Source: Nemertoderma westbladi
Lineage: Eukaryota > Animalia > Xenacoelomorpha
Direction: 5' to 3'
Assembly (NCBI GenBank): GCA_032718475.1
Contig: JAUCBJ010006966.1
Span: 1-51,094, forward strand
Length of the DNA: 51,094 nt
The notes beneath the pieces are model-generated. The model did no database searches, was not told where the DNA came from, and saw only the letters and a program-made list of their open reading frames with translations. Positions 24,365 to 36,360 of this stretch are shown piece after piece. Position 1 is the stretch's first letter. Each line of letters begins with the position of its first letter. A program made the position numbers and the translations under genes.

Positions 24365-27300
24365 CAATAGTATCTACATCATTGTCCAGAATAGGGTGTT
24401 TCCCTTCACTTCTAAGGGGCTTTCTATTATTCCTACCTGTCCCAAATACGTTGTGTAATGATTTCCAACCTGTCCAATATAGGGGCATCCAATCAAATCA
24501 TCATATGAGCCAACTCCTCTTCATCGGACCAATACCAACATTCCTCAAGTTAGGCATCTCCCTTATTGGCTATATAATGTAAAGGTTAATGGAAAATTCC
24601 ACTGATATATATATAATCCAAGTGTCAACTACGAATCCAGGGCTCATTATAACAACCTATACTGGACAGAGCAACGTATTTGGGACAAGAGCTTGTTGAG
24701 GTATATGTACAGTGGAAATTCCCATTCTAATTAAGAGCATTTGGAATACTTGTTCCCTAGTTATGGTTAAAGATATACTGTGGGTGCCTTGCAAATGGCC
24801 TGTAAGACTGTGATGCATTATAGGCTATAGTGTCATCATAGTCACGTTATTTAATTTCATGTTGTAGAATTTATTCATATTGTGCAATTTATTCATGTTG
24901 TGCAATTTATTCATTGTGCAATTTATTCATATGGTGCAATTTATTCACTTTATAATAAATCTAAATACATTCTTATATTAATAATTAAATGACAATCAAA
25001 TTAGTGATATCGCAACCTCCTCCCCCGGACACAACTTCATCCCAAATAGTCCTTAATAAGTCTTAAATTTGACTCAAATAGGTTGTTAGTGTCCCATATA
25101 GGGTGTTTGTGTCCCATATAGGTTGATTTTGTCCAAAATAGCCTGTAGCTTTATCAAAATTATTTCAAATAGTTTATAAATGTAAAGGAATACTGAAAAG
25201 AATATCGACTTCATAATCATATCTTTATTTCCAATTTGTCCCAAACAGGTTGTTTATGTCCCATATAGGGTGTTTGTGTCCCACACAAGGTGTTTTTGTA
25301 CCAAATAGCATGTAACTTTCTCAAAATGATTTTACATAGTTTATAAATATGATGGAAATACTCAAAAGAAAATAGAATCCACTATCATAGCTTTAATTTA
25401 AATTTGTCCCAAATAGGTTGTTTGTGGCCCCTGTAGGGTGTTTGTGTCCAGCATATGGTGTGAAGTGCTTATAATGATTTCAAATAGTTTCGAAATGTAA
25501 TGGAATACTCAAAAGAATATAGCATTCACTATCACAGCTTTCATTAAAATTTGTCCCAAATAGGTTGTTTGTGTCCCATATAGGGTGTTTGTGTCCCAAA
25601 TAGCGTGTGACTTTCTCAAATTGATTTTAAATAGTTTCTAAATCTCATGGAATACTCAAAATAATATATAATTCACTACTATAGCTTTAATTTCAATTTG
25701 TCCCAAATAGGTTGTTTATGTCCCATATAGGGTGTTTGTGTCCCATATAGGGTGTTTGTGTCCCAAATTGCGTGTGACTTTCTCAAAATGATTTTACATA
25801 GTTTATAAATATAATGGAATACTAAAAAAAAATAGAATTCACTATCATAGCTTTAATTTCAATTTGTCACAAATAGGTTGTTTATGTCCCATATAGGGTG
25901 TTTGTGTCCCATATAGGGTGTTTGTGTCCCAAATAGCGTGTGACTTTCTCAAAATGATTTTACATAGTTTATAAATATAATGGAATACTCAAAAGAAAAT
26001 ATAATTCACTATCATAGCTTTAATTTAAATTTGTCCCAAATAGGTTGTTTTTGTCCCATATAGGGTGTTTGTGTGCCAAATAGCGTATGACTTTCTCAAA
26101 ATGATTTTACATAATTTATAAAGGAAAAAATATTTTTTTTATTATTCCATTATATTTATAAACTATTACACTAACACCCTATATGGGATAAAAACAACCT
26201 ATTTGGGACAAATTTAAATTAAAGCTATGATAGTGAATTATATTTTCCTCTGAGTATTCCATTATATTTATGAACTATGTACAATCATTTTGAGAAAGCC
26301 ACACGCTATTTGGGACACAAACACCCTATATGGGACACAAACACCCTATATGGGACATAAACAACCTATTTGGGACAAATTTAAATTAAAGCTATGATAG
26401 TGAATTCTATATTATTTTGAGTATTCCATTACATTTCGAAACTATTTGAAATCATTTTAAGCATTTCACACCCTATACGGGACACAAACACCCTATATGG
26501 CATACAAACAACCTATTTGGGACAAATTTTATTTAAAGCTATGGTAGTGGATTCTATTTTCTTTTGAGTATTTCCATTATATTTATAAACTATGTAAAAT
26601 CATTTTGAGAAAGTCATATGCTATTTGGCACACAAACACCCTATATGGGACAAAATCAACCTATTTGGGACAAATTTAAATTAAAGCTATGATAGTCAAT
26701 TATATTTTCTTTTGAGTATTCCATTATATTTATAAACTATGTAAAATCATTTTGAGAAAGTCATACGCTATATGGCACACAAACACCCTATATGGGACAA
26801 AAACAACCTATTTGGGACAAATTTAAATTAAAGCTATGATAGTGATTTCTATATTCTTTTGAGTATTCCATTACATTTCAAAACTATTTGAAGTCATTAT
26901 AAGCACTTCACACCCTATACGGGACACAAACAGCCTATATGGGACAAAAACAACCTATTTGGGACAAATTGAAATTAAAGCTATGGTAGTGAATTCTATA
27001 TTCTTTTGAGTATTCCATGAGATTTAGAAACTAATTAAAATCATTTTGAGAAAGTCATACGCTATTTGGCACAAAAACACCCTATATGGGACAAAAACAA
27101 CCTATTTGGGACAAATTTAAATTAAAGCTATGATACTGAATTATATTTTCTTTTGAGTATTCCATTATATTTATTAACTATGTAAAATAATTTTGAGAAA
27201 GTCACACGCTATTTGGAACACAAACACCCTATATGGGGCACAAACACCCTATATGGGACATAAACAACTTATTTGGGACAAATTGAAATTAAAGCTATGG

Positions 27301-28314
27301 TATTAAATTATATATTCTTTTGAGTATTCAATGAGATTTAGAAACTATTTAAAATCATTTTGAGAAAGTGACACGCTATTTGGGACACAAACACCCTATA
27401 TGGGAAACAAACACCCTATATGGGACACAAACAACCTATTTGGGACAAATTAAAATGAAAGCTATGATAGTGAATTCTATATTCTTTTGAGTATTCCATT
27501 ACATTTAGAAAATATTTGAAATCATTATACGTACTTCAGACCCTATACGTTACACAAACACCCTATATGGGACACAAACAACCTATTTGAGTCAAATTTA
27601 AGACTTATTAAGGACTATTTGGGATGAAGTTAAGTCTGGGGGAGGAGGTTGCGATATCACTAATTTGATTGTAATTAAATTATTATTATACGAATGTATT
27701 TAGATTTATTATATGTGAATAAATTGCACCACATGAATAAATTGCACAATGAATAAATTCCACAATGAATAAATTACACAACATGAATAAATTGCACAAT
27801 ATGAATAAATTGCACAACATGAAATGAAATAACGTCACTATGGTGACACTATAGCCTATAATGCATCACAGTCTTACAGGCCATTTGCAAGGCACCCACA
27901 GTATATCTTTAACCATAACTAGGGAACATGTATTCCAAATGCAATTATTTAGAATGGGAATTTCCACTGTACATATATATACCTCAACCAGCTCTTGTCC
28001 CAAATACGTTGCTCTGTCCAGTATAGGTTGTTATAATGAGCCCCGGATTCGTAGCTGACACTTGGATTATATATCAGTGGAATTTTCCATTAACCTTTAC
28101 ATTATATAGCCAATAAGGGAGATGCCTAACTTTAGGAATGTTGGTATTGGTCCGATGACGAGGAGTTGGCTCATATGATGATTTGATTGGATGCCCCTAT
28201 ATTGGACAGGTGGGAAATCATTACACAACGTATTTGGGACAGGTAGGAATAATAGAAAGCCCCATAGAAGTGAAGGGAAACACCCTATTCTGGACAATGA
28301 TGTAGACACTATTC
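24365..28314. mobile_element. ~3.95-kb foldback (near-complete palindrome) with 8-bp TSD CAGAAATC
   Basis: 24366-25080 is the reverse complement of ~27580-28313. The ends are CAATAG.../...CTATTC, flanked by CAGAAATC at 24357-24364 and 28315-28322. The symmetry axis is near 26120-26165. Confidence 0.92.
25040..27600. repeat. Satellite of ~146-167-bp units with 19/20-bp subrepeats, head-to-head inside the foldback
   Basis: tgtcccaaataggttgttt recurs every ~146-167 bp to ~26100, then as aaacaacctatttgggaca on the other arm. Confidence 0.95.
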
Positions 28315-28789
28315 CAGAAATCAGCCGAACCTAGCACCAGGCAGACAGTGAGACTGAGACAGCAGACATGCGTTCATCAGACCAACAGCACAGCACCCCA
28401 GCAACACAATAACAACTGGCCATGCAGGAGGCAGAAAGGAAACTCACACTGCAGCACTGGCTGACTGCAACTGGTCATTTATTTACGCGTATTAACCTTA
28501 TGCTGTTATGCAGTAGGCAGGTAGGCTATCACAGTTCCAGCTATCAGCTGATCAGTCATTATTGCTATTGGTCATAGTCAGTTTATTTATTTACATAATA
28601 TTGCTGTATTGTATAAGCTATATTTATATTATATTATATTATTTGGATGGAGACACCGCTGTCATAGAAGCGTATAAATAAAACTGCACATATAATAAAT
28701 CTAATAAATGAAGTTGAACAGTGAATAAAACAAAACGACTTATACTACTGTACTATGGCACTATTGATAATGAAACAATTTATTACCGA

Positions 28790-29540
28790 CACACATGTGT
28801 AACCATTGGAAATTACAGTTCAATGACTCCAAGTGCAAGGTCATGCATAAATCTAGGTTCTAGAAATCCCCAAGCAACTTTTTACACAATGAATGGACGG
28901 ACACTTTTATCGGCAACCGACTGACCGAGGAACGTGATTTTGGAATTACATTTACACCAGACTTGTCCTTCACAGCATCACAGCTCACCGCACAAAGACT
29001 CCAGCCCGCGCCATGCGAGTCGTACATTCAATACGAAGAACTTTTACATATTTGGAAGCTCCGATGTTTACCCTCTGACCCTGTTATACAAATCCTTTGT
29101 TCGGCCTCTCCTTTAATACGACACAGTTGTTTGTTCGCCATTCCTCCGACATGATAAATATTGAACGTCTTGAACAAGTACAACACCGTGTGGTCACTCG
29201 CCTTGTACAGTTGTACTATCGCTGGCTGAGTTGTCATATGAAAACCGACTACCTGCACTCAAACTACCGACATTAATATATCGCCGTGTACTAGCCGACC
29301 TTATAACAACATAGGCCTACAAGTTTATCAACGGGATTGACAAAATTGAGCGAAGTAATTTCTTCCAGTTTCGTTCCTAACTCCACAACAACTTTGTAGA
29401 CAGCGTTGTAAACATTTGGAATCCTTTACCATTACCGGAAAGTGTTGTTAATGCATGCAATACCCTTGGTACTCCATGATTGAGCATATTCAAAAATAGA
29501 CTAGACTGCGAAATGTCCCTTAAAATGAATATATAGTGAT
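28790..29540 (+). pseudogene. Degraded CR1 LINE 3' fragment
   Basis: Frameshifted translation gives WKLQFNDSKCKVMH, YTMNG, ERDFG, LYKSFVRPLL, LEQVQ and ADLITTYKFINGID. Confidence 0.8.
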
Positions 29541-30023
29541 ACTCCTGTGCGCCAAGTGGCAGTAGCGAAAGCGATATCTTTCGGATACAACGGATACAAT
29601 CTTTCGGATTTATTAAAATCTAGCTACAGTACCTATTGTTTTAATTTTTTCAATCTCAAAAAACATTTTTTTGTGTTAAATTTTAAAATAGTGTTTTTTT
29701 ATGTTTAATTGTTGTCCTATCTTTTGTAGTTACTTTACTTTGCGCGTTTTATTTCAGCAGTAATATTTTACTTAAAGCGACATACTGTACGGTACTACCT
29801 GCGGTACCAAATTTATGTTACGTATAACTACGTATTGTTGTGTTGTATCATATAGAGTATTGTAAACTTGTCCTTATTAATATGTTTGCCTTTAGTACTG
29901 TATGTTGTTGAAGCCCTTGAACCTACTGTTAGTATGCTTTGCCGTTTTTTAATTTAATTTTACTGTAATTTCATTTTTTTTTAATAATTAATATGCACCA
30001 ACTGTAAGTACTGTAAATAAACT

Positions 30024-30195
30024 ATAATTTTAATTATTTTACTAATTTTAATTATTTTACTAATTTTAATTATTTTACTAATTTTAATCATTTTACTAAT
30101 TTTAATTATTTTACTAATTTTAATTATTTTACTAATTTTAATTATTTTACTAATTTTAATTATTTTACTAATTTTAATTATTTTACTAATTTTAC
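30024..30195. repeat. 18-bp minisatellite (ctaattttaattatttta)n
   Basis: About 9 near-perfect copies. Confidence 0.97.
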
Positions 30196-30839
30196 CTGAA
30201 TACCATTATCCGTATTTTTATTACACTGTTACAATCAGACAATAGTACATACATACGCTTATTAGCGTACTTTGCAGATATGTGTTCATTTTATTTTAAT
30301 CTACTATACGTGTATGTACATGTGCAAAAATTAATATTTTATTGTTATTCTGGCGATATTAATAACATAACATAACATACAGCTAGTCATTATTCATTCA
30401 GACATACCGTATCTGTAGCATAGGCGTATACCGGACCACAGTACGTAGTATGTAGTAAAGTAGAACGTAGTACATAAATACAAGGACTAGGCCTACTGAA
30501 GTAGTCTTTAATATTCTTTCTGTAATTCATATTGTAACATTTGAGTAATTTCAAAAAATGTACACTTTACTTGACAACAAAAATTTACATGCAGTGTTTC
30601 TTAAGTAGTTGTTTCGTAATGTTACACTTTTTGGAATAAAACAACGTACCTACTGTACTTGTTGCATTTGTCTTTAAGGTTTTCCGTCTCTGTATCCTTA
30701 TTTTCATTTCACCCACCCACAACTTTCGTTCGTTTAAGTAACAACTCGGATTAGTGCAGCTGCAGTATTATAGATAACCGAATAAACTACAGGTACTGTA
30801 CAGTACAGTATAACAGGCATATTTTATGTTTTATACCAG

Positions 30840-31105
30840 TCAGCCCGGTGCAGCTTTGAGGAGCCGGTGGAAGATTTTTCACCCGGCGCAGCGTTTTGCA
30901 TTGCACAGAGCCGGCGCAGGATTTTTGCACCTGGCATGGGCGTGGGTTTGCACAGAGCCGGCGCAGGATTTTTTGCACCCGGCGTGGTTTTGCACAGAGC
31001 CGGCGCAGGATTTTTTGCACCCGGCGTGGTTTTGCTCAGAGCCGGCGCAGGATTTTAGGCACCCGGCGCCGCGTTCGGCGCAGAAAATAAAACTTTTCAA
31101 TAGGC
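30840..31105. repeat. ~40-bp GC-rich tandem repeat (tttgcacagagccggcgcaggattttttgcacccggcgtgg), probable subterminal region of a TIR element
   Basis: 4-5 copies, ending in aaaacttttcaatagg, which is the inverse of cctattgaaaagtttt at ~24078. That site is also followed by cggcgcag repeats. Confidence 0.75.
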
Positions 31106-31948
31106 TGATAGGGCCTATGTCTGTTCTGTATGTTGTGATTTGTGAGGGAGCTTTTTTCTTGTTGGAAGCTTGGTGGGAACAGAACAGATACCGGTCAGTC
31201 ACTGATCTATGCCAAAATTGGCATTTTTCAAAATTGGAAGTTTTCATGCCAAAATTGGAATTTTTGATATATTTTCTGTCCAGGGTCAGCCAATATTGGC
31301 TGGGGTTAACTAAATTTTGCAAAAAATTATATTTTGATGCATTTAGAAACTTTTGACGGAGATAAAAAAAAAATTCACCATGCTTTTGGTTTTTTATGAT
31401 TAAAATTTTGATACTGTAACCTCTAGTTCCAAAATTGGAAGTTTTTGACCTGCCGTTTTTGGCATTTTTTATTCTGATAAGAGGAAGAGTAGCTGTAGAC
31501 TGGCAGAGAGAGTGGTTGTAGTTGCTGAGTTGCAGCTTGCAGGCATATATCTGTATATTGGTATATTACCGAACTTTTGTTGTAAATGTGTCAGTCAGTG
31601 TCATGCTGTGACAGCTGTGATGTGACATTATACATTCTAGTGAGTTGCATGTGCTTGTGTGTGTAGTGTAGTATATGGTGTACGTACAGTAGGTACGGTA
31701 CTTCTGTACTTGCACTATCCAATATCCGATCACCTTAATGTTAACCTTGATAAGAAACGCCCTGGGTTGGGCCATACAACAATGTAAGATTTGTTCACAT
31801 TATCAATTTCAATACTTTGTCTCTGTTTGTGTTTAACTATACATTCTGACCTTTTTTTAACAATATTGCTGTACCATAGCTGTGTTAATGTAAAAACGTC
31901 ATCCCCATACTGCCATAGGCCAGCAGCAGACCTTACTGTAAATATTAT

Positions 31949-32259
31949 CACGCTTGAAGGGAAGCGAACTTATAGATCCTACTACCATAATAATAATAAT
32001 AAATAATACATTGCACCGAATTAGCTATTAATTTGCAAATTATAGTTTGTTGGTGAGTAACTAATCGCAACTACTCTCGAGTGTATGACTTATTTGCATT
32101 AGATCATTATAAGTCTGTAAGTACGGGTACTTTTATATGCTTAATTTTAATTGCTTAATGTAAAATGCAACACAGTACAATACTATAATATCAATTGAAC
32201 GTGGCCAGCACTACATGATGTGGGATCTAAGTTCGCCTCTCCTCTAGCAGTCTAGCGTG
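31949..32259. mobile_element. Small MITE with CAC...GTG ends
   Basis: The left end CACGCTTGAAGGGAAGCGAACTTA(TA)GATCC matches the inverse of the right end once an 8-bp scar within 32243-32255 is removed. No TSD seen. Related ggatctaagttc repeats occur at 32280-32375 and 43925-44070. Confidence 0.6.
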
Positions 32260-32413
32260 TGCTAAGGAATTTGTATAAATTGGGATCTAAGTTCACCTAG
32301 TTCGGATCTAAGGCTAAGCTCCTCCAGACTGTCGGATAGGATCTAAGTTCACTTAGTTAGGATCTAAGTTCAACCAGACTGCCAGTTTAGCCTAGCCCAG
32401 GGGTCAGCCTAAT

Positions 32414-32575
32414 CACCCAACTACACCCAACTTTCACCCAACTACACCCAACTACACCCAACTACACCCAACTTTCACCCAACTACACCCAACTTTCACC
32501 CAACTTTCACCCAACTACACCCAACTTTCACCAACTACACCCAACTTCAACACAACAGCATCCAACTTACACCAA
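32414..32575. repeat. (cacccaacta/cacccaacttt)n array in left TIR; inverse arrays at 34690-34905 and 36970-37140
   Basis: 10/11-bp units, reading GTTGGGTGTA/GTTGGGTGAAA on the G-rich strand. Confidence 0.95.
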
Positions 32576-32970
32576 ACTCTATACTGTATGGCACCTATCT
32601 TCCACAAATTACAATATGTACAGTAACAAACTCTGAACTTCTTTGAGGAATTGCTGAGATATGAACTTTTAAAAGTTGCATGTACTCGTGCTGTATTTTG
32701 CCATCACTGCCCTGCAATTATGAAAATAACTAACTAACATTTTATTTTTATTGCAGGTTGATTCTAGAATAATTGATGAATTTAGCAAAAAATATACAAA
32801 GGAGAGACACAGAGACTATTGACGAACGATCCAGATACCTATAGATGTCTACACATACCACGCATCAAAACTCCAAACTAAGCTACAGTACAAACTAAAC
32901 TGGCGCTGTGGGATTGCGGTGAAAATGAAAACGGTATTGATACACAGGAGGGTCACCGTCACAGCCTTAA

Positions 32971-33680
32971 GGGGGGGGTACACCATTTTGGTCCAAAATA
33001 TGTCGAAATTTTTTTTATGGTCTATTGTAATGCACCATTGAATGGTGTTTCCATATCTGAAAACCGCTATTTAATAGCTCTTTTAGTTTTCAAGTTATGT
33101 AAATTTCCATTTACGGAATCCTATTGAAATTACTATTACTATATATAATGAAAGGTCGATTATCTCCAAAAAAATTTTTTATGAAATTCTCGACTTCAAA
33201 ACCCTACTACTTCTACAATTTTTGAGCAATTAGTCTGAAACTTTCTGTGGGTGTCTAGATAGCCACCCTGCATAAAAGTATCAGGCAACTTTTCGAAATT
33301 TTTTGTTAATAAAATTTAATACTATTTATAAAAAACCTAAAAATTTGCATAAATTTGCAGCGCCACCTAGCGGTGCAGAATTATTTTAACAAAATTTCGC
33401 CTGATAGTTATGTTGCCCCATCTTTGATCTATCATATAAAAAAACTTTCATATGATTAGGTTCAAAACTGTAAAAGCCTTAGGGTTTTAAACGCAACCAA
33501 GTTTTTTTTGTTGTTAACTAGTATTAACTAATATTCAATAGCGAAAAAAAAAAATTTTCTGACCTGTCATGTAGAATAGCATCTTAGGCACCTATATGCC
33601 AAATTTTAGCCAAAATCAAACAATTTTGAAACGCTGAGAGTGATAAATCGAAGAGTTGGCCGAAAATGGTGTACCCCCCC
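32971..33680. mobile_element. 710-bp MITE with TTAA TSD and G-run termini (Kolobok-like)
   Basis: TTAA|GGGGGGGGTACACCATTTT ... AAAATGGTGTACCCCCCC|TTAA. The empty site (gtcgTTAAggctg) is visible in the opposite arm at ~36591-36603. Confidence 0.92.
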
Positions 33681-34929
33681 TTAACGACGAAATCGCATTA
33701 TTGGAAACTTCTGCTGTGGGAATAGCAATGCAGATAATTCGTACAAAGTTAATGGACATAAGTTCTATATTATACAGTATGTTTAATGCAATTATAATAA
33801 TGTAATTATCCTTTATGTATCATAGAATACAAGAAAATAAACTGTAACATTATTTTCAGCTTCTTTATCTTAAACTTTATAGCCTTTATACTGTATTAAT
33901 TAATTTTTAACGAAACAACAGAAATAATTTTAGAACTTTTTACATTTCTCATTACATTTTACATGTCTCAAGTTTACACTCCATTTGGCTCCCTGATCCA
34001 ATCTTAATGGTTAGCAAATAAAGTACTTTCTGTATAATATAGGCGAATAATAAATTTCTCATGGAACCAAAATAATAAACGAAAGATAAGATCAAATTAA
34101 TATAAAGGCCACGAAGTTTAGAATAAAACTGTTGAAAATAAAGACTACTGTATGTTACAATCTTTCTTGTAATATGATACAAAGGATAATTATAATATTT
34201 TATTGTTAAATTTCTGAATTACCGTACTTAACGCTTGTCCTTGGACAAGCCGTAAATACAGTAGATAGATGGATTATTTGCGGCTCGTCCATAGACGAGC
34301 GTTAAGTAATAACAATATATTAATAAATTTATTAGTAATAACAATAAATTAACAATAAAACAACATATTATAGTGTATAATGTACTTTTATCTCACTTCG
34401 GTCCCTCGTTTCAATATTTCACTAACTCGAATATGATAATAACTCGAAATAAATTTTCCAGTATTTACTAATTATCATAGTGCGTTAAGGCTCGCCTTTA
34501 CTACGTGGCTCGCATGTTCTCGCTGTTATGCCTCAGAACTAAACATTAGATATATTGTACTGTATGTCCTACTCATCTTCACATCCAAAAAAGCGACGTA
34601 GATTAGGATTTGTATGGTTTTTGACAATTTTATAATTTGCTTTATAATTTTTTATTTTCAAAAATCCTGACCTGCGAGAAAGTGGTGAAAGGTAAGTGTA
34701 GTTGGGTGGAAGTGAGACAATGTTGAGTGTACTGTAGTTGGGTGATAGTTGGGTGTAGTTGGGTGGAGAATTGGGTGTAGTTGGGTGAAAGTTGGGTGTT
34801 GTTGGGGGTAGTTGGGTGAAAGTTGGGTGTAGTTGGGTGAGAGTTGGGTGGAAGTGGAGTGTAGTTGGGTGAAAGTGAGTCAAAGTTGAGTGTAGTTGGT
34901 TGGAGAGTTTGGTGTTCTGTGGGACGAGT

Positions 34930-35080
34930 CACGCAGTCAGGGCAAGCCTTAGCGCACAATTGCAATTAGTAAAAATAGGGCAAAATTTCATCTCCAGTCG
35001 GTCGTTCTGTCCGCTTGTCTGTCTGTAACGAAAAATTCATTCGTAAGTAACTTTTGAAGATTTTCGCCAACTGATCCACA
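34930..35080 (-). mobile_element. Fragment of a Helentron/DINE-1-like non-autonomous repeat
   Basis: The reverse complement matches 50880-51000 (aaaatcttcaaaagtta…cagacagaca…gaaattttgcc…tactaatt…ctaagg). A third partial copy is at 34455-34515. Confidence 0.55.
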
Positions 35081-35202
35081 TTAAAGCCCCATGAGAAACC
35101 CCACTTGGGATCCGACTATGTAGCAACATACCTAAAGTGTGTGACATACTGTATTATTCATTCACATGTGAGAATTTAGCTTGGAAACCTCAATGTTGAT
35201 CA

Positions 35203-35690
35203 GATAGACTTTGCTGATGACTTAGGAGTACTCTCAGAATCATTAGAGGGAGCCCAACGGCTCCTCAGCTCATTAGAACATTCTGCTTCTAGTGTTGGTC
35301 TTTTTATTACCTCCAGAAAGACCACAATTTTGACAGTTAACTTTGAAAGTCCTCAGCAAGTCTCTGATCGGATGAGCATAAGCTCAAAGGATGGTATGCT
35401 TGAGCATGTGGACAACTTCTGTTACCTGGGATCATGGATCCGGAAGTCAGGTGAGGACCTTCGAATACGTAAGGGAAAGGCATGGGCAGCCTTGAATAGG
35501 CTTTCCAGGATTTGGAAGTCACCGAGAATTAATCGGAAACTCAAGGTCCGATTATTTAGAGCAGCAGTAGTTCCAGTACTCCTCTACGGGAGTCCATGCT
35601 GGGCTCTAACTGCTGAGGACACCAAATCTCTGGATGGCACATTCACAAGAATGCTACGCCGGGTTCATTGTGTCAAGTACAATGCACACA
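35203..35690 (+). pseudogene. Internal RTE-clade RT fragment
   Basis: IDFADDLGVLSESLEGAQRLL...FCYLGS...KVRLFRAAVVPVLLYGSPCW...RMLRR. It lacks the family's 3' end and is flanked by a 27-bp direct repeat. Confidence 0.9.
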
Positions 35691-36150
35691 TTAGTTTGGA
35701 AACCTCAATGTTGATCACATGAGGATTTTCGAATGGGTGGAATGTCTGAAAGATTAAATACACTTCTCCCATTTCGTTGTTTGTAATAAAATAAGCTGAA
35801 TATTGTCATATCCTACTGTACATATACTGTACAGTATGTACTAGAGACCACAAGCCGCGTCTATATGATTACGTTGATCAACGTCTGCAATTCTCTACCC
35901 TAGTGTGATGAATTATTATTTCTACTACTGTAAGATCTGTAATGTATAACGATCTTATCGATTCTCATACTGTAGAGATCTTGTCCATTCTGGCATCGCC
36001 TGTATGTGAAGATCATAATAAGTTCCTTGCAGAAATTCCCTTGACCTGTACAGATCTTACCAGATCCCCTTTTAGTTTATCAAAAATGTAAAATGTTCTA
36101 AAATTATTGCTGTTGTTTCGTTAAAAATTAATTAATATAAAGGCCATAAA

Positions 36151-36360
36151 GTTCGCCCATGTGAATAATACCAGGATTTCACTTTTCGGTCGACATTTTA
36201 TTGGAATTTTATGTATGAAGATTTTTTATTTTTTTTAATTTATCTTTTTGATACGTTTCGTTTTGATACGGCTAAATTTCGTTTATTGTTTTGGTTAGAT
36301 TCAGTCCTTTTGTAACCTGTGATTTTAATGAAAACCTGGGATTCTTCACATGGGGGCAAC
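36151..36360. mobile_element. ~200-bp MITE-like insert in right arm of the Mutator-like element
   Basis: cccatgtgaataataccagg ... cctgggattcttcacatggg inverted ends; absent from the left arm. Confidence 0.6.

Noticed and set aside
23967-24488. 163-aa and neighbouring ORFs; also 30826-31356
   Set aside because: They arise from GC-rich subterminal repeats and cross element boundaries, with no protein motifs.
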